Below are positions 50,443 through 58,435 of a stretch of DNA of 64,000 bases, in pieces. Source of the DNA: Limisphaerales bacterium (GTDB taxonomy: Bacteria > Verrucomicrobiota > Verrucomicrobiia > Limisphaerales > JADJPG01). Within the stretch, counting starts at the first letter, position 1; the number at the start of each line of letters is the position of its first letter. The stretch lies in NCBI GenBank assembly GCA_044229355.1, contig JBGATF010000012.1, positions 13,522-77,521 on the forward strand, read 5' to 3'. The notes under the pieces are model-generated. The model did no database searches. It worked only from the letters and a program-made list of their open reading frames with translations, and was not told the origin of the DNA. The position numbers were made by a program, and so were the translations under genes.

Positions 50443-52539
50443 ATGAACCGCTCGATGCTCCTCCTCGCCGCCGCAGCCACGGCCACCACCCTCCCCGCCG
50501 GCCGGCTGGCCGCCGACGTGCCCACCATGCTGAACTACCAGGGCTACGTCACCGTCAACAACCAGCCCTTCACCGGCCAGGGCCTCTTCAAATTCGCCCT
50601 CGTTGATCGCCTCGGCACCAATACCTACTGGAGCCACGACGGCACCAGCACCGGCGGCGCCGCTCCCACGTCCAGCCTGACGAATATCGCCGTCTTTAAC
50701 GGCCTCTACTCCGTCCTGCTCGGCGACCGCACCATCGCCGGCATGAGCCAGAGCGTCTCCCCCACGGTGTTTGCCGATCATCGCGACGTCTTCCTCCGTG
50801 TCTGGTTCGACGACGCCACGAACGGCGTCCAGCAACTGGCGCCCGACACGCGCATCGCGTCGGTCGGGTTTGCCATGGTCGCCTCGACCGTCACCGATGG
50901 CGCGATCGACAGTTCCGCCTTGGCTCCCAACCTCACTCTTGGCGTCACCAACAATCCCGGCACGCTCACGCTCAAGTCGGGCGGCGACCAAACCCGGGCT
51001 GTGCTCGACGCCGGAGCCCAGACCGGCACCGGCAGCCTGAAAATGTTCGACCTCACCGGCGCGGTCGAGACCGCCCGCCTGGTGGGCGCGGAGTCCGGCG
51101 CCGCCGGAGCCCAGCTGCTGCTGAAGAATGGCAGCGGCAACACCACCCTCGAATTTGACGCGCAGGACGGGGGGGCGACCACCGCCGGCGGCGTCGTGCG
51201 TCTCAAACGCAACGACGGCAACACCGTCCTCGCCCTCGACGCGGACATCGGCAACACCAACAGCGGCATCCTTCTCTTTGACTCGGCTGGCGCGCGCGAG
51301 ACCTTGCGACTCACCGGCACCGAAAACGGCGCCGGCGGCGGCCTGCTCTCGCTCAGAAACACCAGCGGCAATGCCACCATCGTGCTCCATGGGGAAGACC
51401 CGGGCGATCCGCTCTCCACCGGCATCATCGAGATGAAACAAAACAGCGGAAAGCAAACGGTCGCACTCCGCTCCACCTTCGGCGGCGCCAGCGGCGGCGC
51501 CTTGCAACTCGGCAACTCCGCCGGCAACAACACCGTCGAGATCGCCGGCGACGCCGGGGAAAATCAGGGCCGCATCATCCTGAAACGATCCGACTTGTCC
51601 AACCGCGTCCGCATCGACGCCGACGGCCCCAACAACAGCGGCGAGCTCAAGCTCTACGACAACGACGGCACGGAAACCGTCCAGCTCCTCGGCGGCCAGG
51701 GCACCACCAAGGGAGCCGTCGTCAACCTCCACGACGGCGACGGCACGACCACGGTCGAGATCGACGCCGATGACGGCAACGAGGGGGGCGCCATCAGCCT
51801 CAAGCGGGACAATGGGACGGCCACGCTCACGCTGGCGGCCGATGACTCCTGGGACGCCGGGCGTCTCGAGCTCAAGCGCGGCAGCGGCCTGCGCACCGTG
51901 CGCCTGACCGGAGATCTCGACGGCGACGGCAAGGGCGCCCTCCAGCTTTACAAGGGCGACGGCGCCACGGAAACCGTGCGCATCACCGGCTCGTATCTCG
52001 GCACCGGCGGTGGCTTCGCCCACTTCACCGACGCCGCCGGCAACATCACCGTCCAGATCAACGGCGAAGACAATGGCGAAGGCAAAATCACCACCCAGGT
52101 CCTGCAGATCACCGGCGGCTCCGACCTTTCCGAACGCTTCGACATCACCGGCCCGGCCCGGACCTCAATCGAACCCGGCCTGATCGTCTGCATCGACCCG
52201 GCCCGGCCGGGCGGCCTGCGCCTCAGCGAGCGCGCGGCCGATCCGACCGTCGCCGGCATCATCAGCGGCGCCGGCGGCGTCAAGCCCGGCATGCTCATGG
52301 GCCAGCACGGCACCAAGGCCGACGGACGCCTGCCCGTGGCCTTGACCGGCCGCGTCTACTGCCAGGTCGACGCCGGCTACGGCGCCATCCAGCCGGGCGA
52401 TTTCATCACCACGTCGAACACGCCCGGCCATGGCATGAAAGCCGCGCCCGGCCAGGCCCCGGGTGCCATCCTCGGCAAGGCCATGACCGCCCTCGACCAC
52501 GGACGGGGTCTCGTGTTGGTCCTCGTGTCGCTCCAGTAA
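50443..52539 (+). CDS. Secreted repeat (beta-solenoid-like) protein with conserved N-terminal and C-terminal domains (tail-fibre-like surface protein family)
   Basis: Signal MNRSMLLLAAAATATTLPAGRLAA. N-domain MLNYQGYVTVNNQPFTGQGLFKFAL...VFLRVWFDD...LAPDTRIASVGFAMVA. About 13-14 degenerate 27-30-aa repeats (G.L.L.N..G..TV.L.A...). C-terminal ITGGSDLSERFDI...AGIISGAGGVKPG...VALTGRVYCQVDAGYGAIQPGDFITTSNTPGHGMKA...AILGKAMTAL..GRGLVLVLVSLQ. Confidence 0.8.
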   Translation: MNRSMLLLAAAATATTLPAGRLAADVPTMLNYQGYVTVNNQPFTGQGLFKFALVDRLGTNTYWSHDGTSTGGAAPTSSLTNIAVFNGLYSVLLGDRTIAGMSQSVSPTVFADHRDVFLRVWFDDATNGVQQLAPDTRIASVGFAMVASTVTDGAIDSSALAPNLTLGVTNNPGTLTLKSGGDQTRAVLDAGAQTGTGSLKMFDLTGAVETARLVGAESGAAGAQLLLKNGSGNTTLEFDAQDGGATTAGGVVRLKRNDGNTVLALDADIGNTNSGILLFDSAGARETLRLTGTENGAGGGLLSLRNTSGNATIVLHGEDPGDPLSTGIIEMKQNSGKQTVALRSTFGGASGGALQLGNSAGNNTVEIAGDAGENQGRIILKRSDLSNRVRIDADGPNNSGELKLYDNDGTETVQLLGGQGTTKGAVVNLHDGDGTTTVEIDADDGNEGGAISLKRDNGTATLTLAADDSWDAGRLELKRGSGLRTVRLTGDLDGDGKGALQLYKGDGATETVRITGSYLGTGGGFAHFTDAAGNITVQINGEDNGEGKITTQVLQITGGSDLSERFDITGPARTSIEPGLIVCIDPARPGGLRLSERAADPTVAGIISGAGGVKPGMLMGQHGTKADGRLPVALTGRVYCQVDAGYGAIQPGDFITTSNTPGHGMKAAPGQAPGAILGKAMTALDHGRGLVLVLVSLQ
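50950..52080 (+). repeat. Degenerate ~81-90-nt coding tandem repeats (solenoid region)
   Basis: Periodic G-rich/T-N-D-rich protein repeats, for example GSLKMFDLTGAVETARLVGAESGAAG / AQLLLKNGSGNTTLEFDAQDGGATTAG / GVVRLKRNDGNTVLALDADIGNTNSG / ILLFDSAGARETLRLTGTENGAGGG / LLSLRNTSGNATIVLHGED.... Boundaries are approximate. Confidence 0.7.
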
Positions 52540-52569
52540 TCGAGTGTTCGCCCAATAATCTCACCCGCC

Positions 52570-53730
52570 ATGAAGACACCCTTTTTCCTCCGGCCCCGGC
52601 TCCTGCCGGCCGCGCTGGTGTTGCTGGCCGCGCTCGGCTCGCTCCTGCCCCTCCGTGCGCACGCCGACATCAACTGGCGCGTCTCGTTCAAGTTCATCCT
52701 CGACGCGAATGGCAACCGGCCCAGCTCCGGCCCGCTGAACAGCAATCAGGACATCACCAATTACATCACCTACGGCAACTGGGTTCTCGCCAAGATGGGC
52801 CGCGGCTATCGGCTCGACCTGCAGCCCATCCTCGACGTCTCGGGCGCCGCTCAATGGTCCGACATCGCCGCGTTTGGCGACGGAGACGACGATGATTCCA
52901 ACAGCGACATCGACCAGCTTGAGACGGCCGTGGAGAACGACAAAACCAAATTCAAGTTCAAGGATGACGCCATCAATATTTACATCGTGTCCGGCAATTC
53001 GGCCGGCAGTTGCTCCTGCGATCGGACCTTCGCCAAAGAACGTGACATCATCGTCCTCTCGCAAGGGATCAATCCGGACTGGGTCGTCTTGCACGAAATC
53101 GGCCATTATATCGGCCTTCCTCACACTCACGACGGCCAGAAATTCGAGAACGAAAATGGCAGCAAGTGCACGAAGGACGATTCCTGCGATTGCTTCCGCA
53201 AAATCTCGGGCGATGACGGCATCGACGACACGCTCCCCGACAACGACTGCTGGGACACCTTCAACCAAATTGCCAGCGCCAACTTCCCGGGCCTGTCGTT
53301 GACGGCAGCGCAAACCTTGCTGGTCAACAATACGCTCTCCAACATCATGTCGTATCATGGCACCGCAGCGGCGCCGCGGGACGCCGCCGGCAATGTTCTT
53401 GGCCCGGCGGATCGGTTCATCCTTACCTCCGATCAACTCGATCGCATGACGGATTACTCCAACAACCCCCGGGCGCAGGTCGCCTCAGGAAGAACTGTCT
53501 TCGTCGACCACACGGCCAACGCTCCCTCCGACGGCACCAGCAAAGGCACTGTTCTTCCAACCGGCCTTCTGCAACTCGGCCCGTTCAACCACCTCAACAA
53601 CGGCATCGACGACGCCCACAACGGCGACATCGTCCTCCTGCGGCCGGGCAGCTACACCGAGGATCGGGTCCTGCGCAAATCAATCACCCTGCGGGCCACC
53701 CGCGGCAACGCCACCATCCGGGCCCGATGA
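52570..53730 (+). CDS. Secreted metzincin zinc metalloprotease (M43/pappalysin-cytophagalysin-like)
   Basis: Signal MKTPFFLRPRLLPAALVLLAALGSLLPLRAHA. Extended zinc motif HEIGHYIGLPHTH (53092-53130; HExxHxxGxxH). Candidate Met-turn NIMSY. Cys-rich insert (CTKDDSCDCF...DNDCW). The start is 30 nt after the solenoid gene's stop. Confidence 0.85.
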   Translation: MKTPFFLRPRLLPAALVLLAALGSLLPLRAHADINWRVSFKFILDANGNRPSSGPLNSNQDITNYITYGNWVLAKMGRGYRLDLQPILDVSGAAQWSDIAAFGDGDDDDSNSDIDQLETAVENDKTKFKFKDDAINIYIVSGNSAGSCSCDRTFAKERDIIVLSQGINPDWVVLHEIGHYIGLPHTHDGQKFENENGSKCTKDDSCDCFRKISGDDGIDDTLPDNDCWDTFNQIASANFPGLSLTAAQTLLVNNTLSNIMSYHGTAAAPRDAAGNVLGPADRFILTSDQLDRMTDYSNNPRAQVASGRTVFVDHTANAPSDGTSKGTVLPTGLLQLGPFNHLNNGIDDAHNGDIVLLRPGSYTEDRVLRKSITLRATRGNATIRAR

Positions 53731-53782
53731 CCGCCTCACACCTGATTCATCAATGATCGAACCTTTTTCCTGGAGCCCAACG

Positions 53783-54907
53783 ATGAAACTCCTCCCCATC
53801 CCTCCGACCCCTCGCGCCAGAGCCGGCGCCGTCCTGACGCTGGTCCTCGGCAGCCTGCTCACGGTCGCCTCCGTTCGCGCCGCCGAGCGTGCCGCCGGCG
53901 CCGGCGTGCCCACCGGCGGCGGCGGGCGCTCGACCTCGACCCGCTATGCGAACCAAGCGTCGCTCGGCCAGATCGCCGGCCCCCGGCTGACCGGCGGGGC
54001 CTATCGCGCCTACAGCGGTTACCCGACCCTCGCCGCCCGGCCCGGCACGACGCCCCCGACCCCCGGCGCACCCATCCTCTCGGCCCTCGGCCATCAAATC
54101 CTCGATGAGGACACTCCCTCCGGCCTGATCGCATTCACCTTTTTTGATCCGGACACGGCTCCCGCCCAACTCACGGTGACGAGAGCTTCCAGCAACCCCA
54201 CGCTCGTCCGGCCAGCGGACCTGGTCTTCGGGGGCACCGGCACCAATCGCACGCTCCGCATCACCCCGCGGCCCGATCAATCCGGCTCGACCATCATCAC
54301 GCTGACCATCAGCGATCCGCAGAATCACGTCACCACCCAGTCGTTCCTCGTCGACGTTCTCCCGGTGAATGATCCACCGTCGATCGCGCCCATCGCCGAC
54401 CTGACCATCGAGTCCGGCCAGTCGCAACCGGTGGCCGTCCACCTCGATGACCTCGACAACGTTCCCGGCGATCTCGAAGTGCTGGCCCTCTCGGACAACC
54501 CGAATGTCATCCCCTCGGCAAACCTGGCATGGACCGGCATGGGCGCCACACGGACGCTCACCATCACGGCCCTTCCTGGCCAGACCGGAGTCGCGCGGAT
54601 CGGAGTGCAAGTCACCGATCCGGACGGGGCCACAGCGGGGACGGCATTTCGCGTTACGGTCGTGCGTGCGGCGATCCCCAACCCGCCTCGCATCACGTCG
54701 TTCATCCCGACGGGCGGCAACCGGGTGCGCCTCCGGGTGCTGGCCGATTCCGGATCGATCCTCCATCTCGAGTCCACCGCCACCCTCGGGCCGGGAGCCG
54801 TCTGGACCCCCGAAAGCGTGTCCGCCACCGGCACCGGGGCCGAGTTGGAACTCCAGAGCGACCCGTCGCCAACCTCGCGCCGGTTCTACCGCCTTCGCGC
54901 CGAGTAG
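53783..54907 (+). CDS. Secreted protein with two cadherin/Ig-like ~100-aa repeats and C-terminal [FY]R[LV] module
   Basis: Signal MKLLPIPPTPRARAGAVLTLVLGSLLTVASVRA (ATG 53783). Two repeats ending ...FLVDVLPVNDPP and ...FRVTVV, with S[SD]NP..[VI].P..L...G.G..RTL.IT..P.Q.G. Ends SRRFYRLRAE. Confidence 0.7.
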   Translation: MKLLPIPPTPRARAGAVLTLVLGSLLTVASVRAAERAAGAGVPTGGGGRSTSTRYANQASLGQIAGPRLTGGAYRAYSGYPTLAARPGTTPPTPGAPILSALGHQILDEDTPSGLIAFTFFDPDTAPAQLTVTRASSNPTLVRPADLVFGGTGTNRTLRITPRPDQSGSTIITLTISDPQNHVTTQSFLVDVLPVNDPPSIAPIADLTIESGQSQPVAVHLDDLDNVPGDLEVLALSDNPNVIPSANLAWTGMGATRTLTITALPGQTGVARIGVQVTDPDGATAGTAFRVTVVRAAIPNPPRITSFIPTGGNRVRLRVLADSGSILHLESTATLGPGAVWTPESVSATGTGAELELQSDPSPTSRRFYRLRAE

Positions 54908-55069
54908 GCCGGACGCCCGGATCCGAACTCGACCGCGGCTGCGTCCCGAACGGCGGGGCCAGCCGCGGTTCACTTCCGGCGGCGCCCGGCTCCCCCAACC
55001 GCAACCGAGCCGCCATTCGGCTCCCAACCCGCACCCGCCTCAAGGCGCAGGCGAAACCCGCTGCGTGCT

Positions 55070-55462
55070 TCAACTGCAACCGTCCAACGGCTTCCCAATT
55101 TCCCAGTGATGCCCGAACGGATCGCAGACCCGACCCACCCGCCAGCCATAGGACTGGTCCTGGACCGGCCAGACCACGGTCGCTCCCGCCGCGATGGCCC
55201 GGGCAAATTCCGCGTCCGGATCGTCCACGACCAGGATCATTCGCGCGGTGCTGCCACCGAGCGAGTCGGGGCTGAAATTGGCATGCTCAGGCGATTCATC
55301 TGCCACCCAGAAATCCGCCCCTCCGATTGACAGTCGCGCGACCACGGCGCCGGACTCGTCCTCCACGCGGAGAACCTCCGTTGCGCCAAACGCGCACTGG
55401 TAAAACGCGATGGCCTGGGCGCCCCGGCGCACCGAAAGCAACGGCAAGATTTGAGGCTTCAT
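55070..55462 (-). CDS. VOC-family (glyoxalase/bleomycin-resistance/PhnB-like) protein
   Basis: 130 aa: AIAFYQCAFGATEV...LSIGGADFWVADE...ILVVDDPDAEFARAIAAGATVVWPVQDQSYGWRVGRVCDPFGHHWEI, a typical PhnB/VOC pattern. Confidence 0.85.
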   Translation of the reverse strand: MKPQILPLLSVRRGAQAIAFYQCAFGATEVLRVEDESGAVVARLSIGGADFWVADESPEHANFSPDSLGGSTARMILVVDDPDAEFARAIAAGATVVWPVQDQSYGWRVGRVCDPFGHHWEIGKPLDGCS

Positions 55463-55476
55463 AAAGGGCTGTAGAT

Positions 55477-57432
55477 TTAGCGCCCGCCCGCGGGCAAAAC
55501 GTTGACCCGAATGGATGACGAATGTTCCGCCCCGCGATGCAGCCGGTGCGTCGCCTTTTGGAAATCCTCCGGTTGCGCCGTGTGAATGTTGACGAAGGTC
55601 TGCGGATTGCGATCGACCAGCGGGAACCAGCTGCTCTGCACCTGCACCATCACGCGGTGTCCCCGCCGAAAAGTGTGGCAGATGTCGGGCAGCGTGAACC
55701 CGATGCGGGTGATCGCACCGGGCGTGAATGCCTCCGGCTTTTCAAAGCTGTTCCGAAAGCGCCCCCGAAACACATCGCCCCGCACCAGCTGCTGATACCC
55801 GCCCATCACGAGATGCGACGGGTTCGGCTCGGGATTCGGAAAATCCGGCGCGTAGACATCGATGAGCTTCACGATCCAGTCCGCATCCGTGCCCGTCGTT
55901 GACACAAACAACTCCGCCGTCAATGGACCTACCAACGTCAGGTCCTCTTCCAACGGCTTTGTCTGGTGCACCACCACGTCCGGCCGCGTGGCGGCGAAGC
56001 GCTGGTCGTGCGTCGGATAGCCGCGCGGATAATCAGTGGTCACCTCCAGCGTAAACGGCACCGGCTTGGCCGGGTCGCTGACAAACTCGTCGAAGGCGTC
56101 GGCCCGGCCGGCCGGGCGATCGAACCCGAGCGCGCCGTCCTCGAGAAAATACAGCGACCGGGCGGCGGAGGACTTCGGCGGCCACGCATCGAAGCGTCTC
56201 CACTGATGCGTTCCCGTCTCGAACACGTGCGCCTCCGCCGGCGTGTAGTTCGTGTCGCCCTTCAAAAACCGCCGAAAAAATGGCAGCTCAATCTGCTCGC
56301 GAAAGTAATCGCCAGTCTTCGCGCGGAAATTGATGTCGCCCAGGCGATCCCCATGACCGCGTCCCCACTCGCCATGCGCCCATGGGCCCATCACCAGGGT
56401 GTTGGTGATGCCCGGGTTCAGGCGCTCGGTCTGGCGATAGATCTCCAGCGGCCCGAACAAATCCTCCGCGTCAAACCACCCGCCCACATTCATGACCGCG
56501 CAGCGCACGCCCTTGAGGTGTGGGCGCAGGTTTCGCGCCTGCCAGTAGGCGTCGTAGTTGGGATGGGCCAGGAACTCCTCCCACTCCGGAGACCGGCTCT
56601 TCATCAAGCCCACCGAGTTGGCCAGCGGCCCCATGCGCAGAAAGAACTCATAGCCATCCGGCGTCGGAAACTGGTAGCGGCGCGGATCCTCGTGCAGCCG
56701 ATCGTCCACCCGGGCAAGCTGAGCGAACGCGTAAAAGAACCCAAAGTTCTGGGAGAGAAACAAGGCGCCGTTGTGATGCAGGTCGTCGCCCATGAACCAG
56801 TCCGAAATCGGCGCCTGCGGTGACGCCGCCTTCAGCGCGGGATGCGAGTCGATCATGCCCATCGCCGCGTAGAACCCCGGATAGGAGATGCCGAACATGC
56901 CGACGTTGCCGTTGTTGTTCGGCACGTTCTTCACGAGCCAATCAATCGTGTCCCACGTGTCCGAATTTTCATCGATGTCCCTGGGACCCTTGTCCGGACG
57001 AAACGGGCGCACGTGCACGTACTCTCCCTCGGATCCATAGCGGCCACGCACATCCTGGGACACGAGGATGAACCGGTCACGGGCAAGCGTCCGGAACGAT
57101 CCGACCGGATCCGAATAGTTGTTGGCGCCATACGGCTTCAACGCATACGGCGTGCGGGTCAGAATGATCGGCCAGCGCTGCGCCTCGTCCTTGGGCACGA
57201 ACACGCGCGTGAACAGCCGCACGCCATCGCGCATCGGAATGCGATGCTCATACTTGGTGTAATGCTCGGCGAGCCACGCGGCGTTGGTCTCCGTCTCGGC
57301 CGCGTCGCCATCCCGAGTCATCGGCAACCCGGCTGCGCGCACGGATCCGGCCCAGCCCAGCATCAACGACGAAATAAGCCCGACGAGGGAGACCAGTTTG
57401 AACCGCCGGCAGGAAATGGCGCGGGTGGACAT
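55477..57432 (-). CDS. CocE/NonD-family serine hydrolase (S15 X-Pro dipeptidyl-peptidase-like), secreted
   Basis: Signal MSTRAISCRRFKLVSLVGLISSLMLGWAGSVRA. IPMRDGVRLFTRVFVPK...WPIILTRTPY, QDVRGRYGSEG, nucleophile elbow GNVGMFGISYPGF, and a C-terminal jelly-roll (HTFRRGHRVMVQVQSSWFP). The start may be 57432 or 57441. Confidence 0.9.
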   Translation of the reverse strand: MSTRAISCRRFKLVSLVGLISSLMLGWAGSVRAAGLPMTRDGDAAETETNAAWLAEHYTKYEHRIPMRDGVRLFTRVFVPKDEAQRWPIILTRTPYALKPYGANNYSDPVGSFRTLARDRFILVSQDVRGRYGSEGEYVHVRPFRPDKGPRDIDENSDTWDTIDWLVKNVPNNNGNVGMFGISYPGFYAAMGMIDSHPALKAASPQAPISDWFMGDDLHHNGALFLSQNFGFFYAFAQLARVDDRLHEDPRRYQFPTPDGYEFFLRMGPLANSVGLMKSRSPEWEEFLAHPNYDAYWQARNLRPHLKGVRCAVMNVGGWFDAEDLFGPLEIYRQTERLNPGITNTLVMGPWAHGEWGRGHGDRLGDINFRAKTGDYFREQIELPFFRRFLKGDTNYTPAEAHVFETGTHQWRRFDAWPPKSSAARSLYFLEDGALGFDRPAGRADAFDEFVSDPAKPVPFTLEVTTDYPRGYPTHDQRFAATRPDVVVHQTKPLEEDLTLVGPLTAELFVSTTGTDADWIVKLIDVYAPDFPNPEPNPSHLVMGGYQQLVRGDVFRGRFRNSFEKPEAFTPGAITRIGFTLPDICHTFRRGHRVMVQVQSSWFPLVDRNPQTFVNIHTAQPEDFQKATHRLHRGAEHSSSIRVNVLPAGGR

Positions 57433-57480
57433 GCGCGGCATTCTGCATCCCGGACCGCCCGCCGCAAGCGACAACTCCAT

Positions 57481-58104
57481 TCACTCCCGCTTCTCGCCGT
57501 CCGCCCAATGGCGCTGCTCCGCCGCCTCGCCGCTCTTCACGAAAACACGCGCCTTCAGATAACCGCTCGGATACCACGCCGTCGACACGCCGTCCGGATG
57601 ATCCGCCACGAACTCCGCCTGCTCCGACAACACCCCGTTCGTATGCCACCTCCGAAACGTCCCGTTCAGCTTCCCGCCCGCGATCGTCGCCACCGATTGC
57701 GTCGTCCCGTCGGCATACCATTTCGTGCGCAGCCCATCGGCCACACCGGCCGTGAACGGCTCCGCGACCTGCAGCTGCCCGTTCGTGTACCAGCCCTGCG
57801 AAAGGCCGTGCAGCAGACCATTGGAAACCGCCGAGCGCGAGCGCAGGGCACCGTCCGCATAACGCTCAATCACGAAACCGGTAAACAGCGGGCCATCCGG
57901 CGAGGTCCGAAAACGGTCGTCCGCAAAAACCAGATTCGTCCGCAACACGTCAGGCCAGGCCGGCGCCGGCCCGCCGCGCCCCACCGGACGGCCGGGCCGA
58001 TAGACCATCAAAAGAGCCCCGCCCGCCACCACCCCAAGCACGACCAGGAGAAGCCAGGTCCGATTCTGCACGGCGGCGGATTGGCGGGACGAACGGGTGC
58101 GCAT
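57481..58104 (-). CDS. MORN-variant repeat (YwqK-like) protein with N-terminal membrane anchor
   Basis: TM WLLLVVLGVVAGGALLMVY. Repeats GLSQGWYTNGQL, GLRTKWYADGT, GTFRRWHTNGVL, GVSTAWYPSGYL. ATG 58104 is preferred over the TTG at 58125. Confidence 0.75.
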   Translation of the reverse strand: MRTRSSRQSAAVQNRTWLLLVVLGVVAGGALLMVYRPGRPVGRGGPAPAWPDVLRTNLVFADDRFRTSPDGPLFTGFVIERYADGALRSRSAVSNGLLHGLSQGWYTNGQLQVAEPFTAGVADGLRTKWYADGTTQSVATIAGGKLNGTFRRWHTNGVLSEQAEFVADHPDGVSTAWYPSGYLKARVFVKSGEAAEQRHWADGEKRE

Positions 58105-58196
58105 GGGATGAGAATGTCGGTTCAAAGCGATTCATGCCAACGGAATGACGCACGGGGCTGGCGGCGCACACCCACCGGCAACGTCGCCGCGGGAAA

Positions 58197-58394
58197 TCAA
58201 TCGAGGCGGGGAGGCCGCCCCGAGACGCCGGATCCGGCGGACCCGCCACCCGGGCGGCGCCGGGCCCGACGTCGCGGCGGGTTGGGGCGGCGGAGGCCAA
58301 GGCACATGCTGACGAGACAATTCGGGCACAAACCGTTCAGCAGCTCCGGCGAAAGGGCCCGACCACAGCGCGCGCACCTGGAACCATTGCTCAT
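58197..58394 (-). CDS. Doubtful small ORF (65 aa) with a zinc-ribbon-like CxxC...CPxC N-terminus and an Arg/Pro/Gly tail
   Basis: MSNGSRCARCGRALSPELLNGLCPNCLVSM... The CxxCG-x(9-12)-GLCPxCL pattern is one I remember from N-termini of PVC/Acidobacteria Ser/Thr kinases and anti-sigma-like proteins. The remaining 35 residues look compositional. It may be a gene remnant. Confidence 0.3.
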   Translation of the reverse strand: MSNGSRCARCGRALSPELLNGLCPNCLVSMCLGLRRPNPPRRRARRRPGGGSAGSGVSGRPPRLD

Positions 58395-58435
58395 GCGGGC
58401 AGTGGAGTCGGCGCGACCGCGCGCCTTGCGGATCG

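Noticed and set aside
53750-55027. 425-aa minus-strand ORF
   Set aside because: It is antisense to the cadherin-like gene and is Gly/Arg-rich.
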